DNA of 53,005 bases from Dicyema japonicum. Its lineage: Eukaryota > Animalia > Dicyemida. A program made the translations under genes and the position numbers. Positions 50,946 to 53,005 of the stretch are shown here, piece by piece. The notes beneath the pieces were generated by a model, which did not search any database, was not told where the DNA came from, and worked only from the letters and a program-made list of their open reading frames with translations. Position 1 is the stretch's first letter. Every line of letters starts with the position of its first letter. The DNA is taken from positions 26,311 through 79,315 of the forward strand of contig RDEW01000030.1 in NCBI GenBank assembly GCA_011109175.1, written 5' to 3'.

Positions 50946-51879
50946 TGAATTATTTTTTACCATTTGGTAACGCAAATGACCCTTCTCCTATCTTCCTTTC
51001 AACATTTTTACCAACTCGAAAGAGTTTTAACGCCACAGAATCGAACACACGTTGCATGCTTATTATTATTAGTTAGCACTTTCATGAGAGCCATATCTCC
51101 TATCTTCCTTTCAACATTTTTACCAACTCGAAAGAGTTTTAACGCCACAGAATCGAACACACGTTGCATGTTTCTTATTATTATTAGTTAGCACTTTCAT
51201 GAGAGCCATAATATTCATAGCAAAAAATATGAGAAAGAGTTAGCCTGTTCCAGGCTTTTCTGTTCTTAGTCAGATCCCTCAGTGTGTCCAGTTCGTCACC
51301 AGATGCCAATGTTTTGTTAAAACAACCGGGAGGGTTGTTCCTGTGAAATAGTAATACAAAGGATAAACCTGTTAGTTTGAAATGTTTATTAGACGAAAGA
51401 TTAAATAAAAAGCTGTTGTTATAAAATTCGTGAGCTGATAGAAAATTCACCAGGATATTTTTCTAATAAAAGTCTTAGGCTTTTCAATGACCTTCCTGAT
51501 TTGAATGAGGAATAACAGTTGAGGACACGTTAGTATTATATTCAAAAACTCTACAAATTAATAAATTAAAGATAAAAATCGATAAAAATTGTGACTTTAT
51601 TGATTTAAAAAAAATTTAAATTTTGATTTGATAAATTTTGATTTATATAACATTGTTGATTAAAAATCACATTTTTTATAAGTTTTAAACAATTTTAAAG
51701 AACATATGAATTTTTGAATTTATTNAAAATCGATAAAAATTGTGACTTTATTGATTTAAAAAAATTTAAATTTTGATTTGATAAATTTTGATTTATATAA
51801 TATTGTTGATTAAAAATCACATTTTTATAAGTTTTAAACAATTTTAAAGAACATATGAATTTTTGACTTTATTGACAAA

Positions 51880-52915
51880 AATCGCCCAATTGATCAGACT
51901 TTTTGGCGGCTGGACATCCATTATATCTGGCACAATGTGAGGACGAGCCACAATTTATGCAATTCATTGTGTTCCGAGGAGTCTCTCCACCGCAGTGAAG
52001 TCATGTCCCTTTGCGTAACGAAAACATCTTGTCTTCTCTCTACGGAAAAACGAAATGTGTCTATTGCGTTGACAGTTCAAACACCTCGGTTGGCCTCGTC
52101 TGTACCATTCACATGTAATTGGCTTTTTTGTCAAAAAGGTGATTTCCTGTCAACTCAGAGAGGTTGTAAAAGGAACAGAGGAAATCTTTCTCATCATCCA
52201 GTTTATGTAAGTAGATAGAGAGGAGTTGTGTCCACATCATAGACGAACCAGGTTTATCCGGATACCCTTAGAGGAGAAGATTCCAATTGGTAGATTGGAG
52301 AAGGTGTACGAAAGTATTTATTGTAATCGAGTTATCGGATGGCTTTTGTGGAAACAACATCGTGTATCTATTTCAAACGATCGTTCAAGATCAAGATCGT
52401 GTCTTTCAAGAATCGCCCCTTTATCATTTTTTAATTTATTCTTTAACGACTTATCCTTCCCTAGAGGCCTTGATTTAACGCTTCTAACATATGCTGACGA
52501 TTTAATTATTGCAAGTCTAGGCAGATACGTGGATATGGAAAATCAGAACTTCTATCACACCTAAACGACCTGAAGGCTTGGCTGATTTCGAACCGCTTTC
52601 CGTGCACACGGAAAAATTTTCATATAAAATTTTTACTACCAACCAGAGACAAAAATACGCTATAAATCAGTCTTTATGGAGATATTATTTCCATACAGAG
52701 ACAGACATCAAGAATATATTGGAGTGACCATAGACCCCTTGTTTTTTTTCTCAGCACGTGAAAACCGTTCTGGAAAAGGGCATTCGGAAACTCGTTATTA
52801 TAAAATCATTATTAAACTTCAGGATCCAGCCATCACAACAGCGCACTGCTGCCTTATTTAATCGGCTCTTAAAGTCGACGATGGAGTATGCATGTTCCTC
52901 CTGGGTTCATGCTCA
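51880..52915 (+). mobile_element. Decayed LINE RT fragment
   Basis: LTYADDLII, YIGVTID and MEYACSSW. Confidence 0.7.
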
Positions 52916-53005
52916 TCGGTAACTTTATTTATTTGTTTAATAACTGATAACTTTATCACTAGGCTATTAAAGGTTGACCTTTTTACAAAAGTCTTTTGAA
53001 AGAGA

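Noticed and set aside
47960-51875. Tandem 100-150 bp duplications (~47970, 49135, 50050, 50985, 51575; also 27080-27337)
   Set aside because: Two have an N at the junction and the sizes resemble read lengths, so they are probably unmerged assembly overlaps. They are not CRISPR-like.

Overview
AT-rich eukaryotic DNA in the standard genetic code, with no prokaryotic features. Eight compact host genes could be spliced by hand using roughly 50 mostly 20-30 nt GT-AG introns: NOL11-like, dUTPase-like, SSU72 (plus a truncated duplicate), CapZ-alpha, zeta-COP, CFAP73/CCDC42, PSTK and MORN1. Ciliary genes, selenocysteine machinery and micro-introns suggest a ciliated, genome-reduced animal such as a dicyemid (inference only). 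The rest is nested, mostly decayed transposons: Vingi/Ingi-like APE-RT LINEs (one near-full-length copy with an N-terminal 2A/StopGo peptide), RTE, R4/Dong-like and CRE-like RLE elements, IS630/Tc1, hAT, and two SINE-like families. Best leads: (1) a 2A-bearing LINE and a ~310-nt short family that share a 5' start and a covarying 3' stem-loop; (2) two long introns that appear to fold back to an effective 24-25 nt; (3) a dUTPase with a Lys-rich AT-hook tail and a rewritten motif III; (4) a twin-priming-type inversion in an RTE with a 12-bp TSD; (5) a mosaic ~5-kb duplication with different LINEs at the same site. All gene models and homologies come from manual reading and recalled motifs, not database searches.
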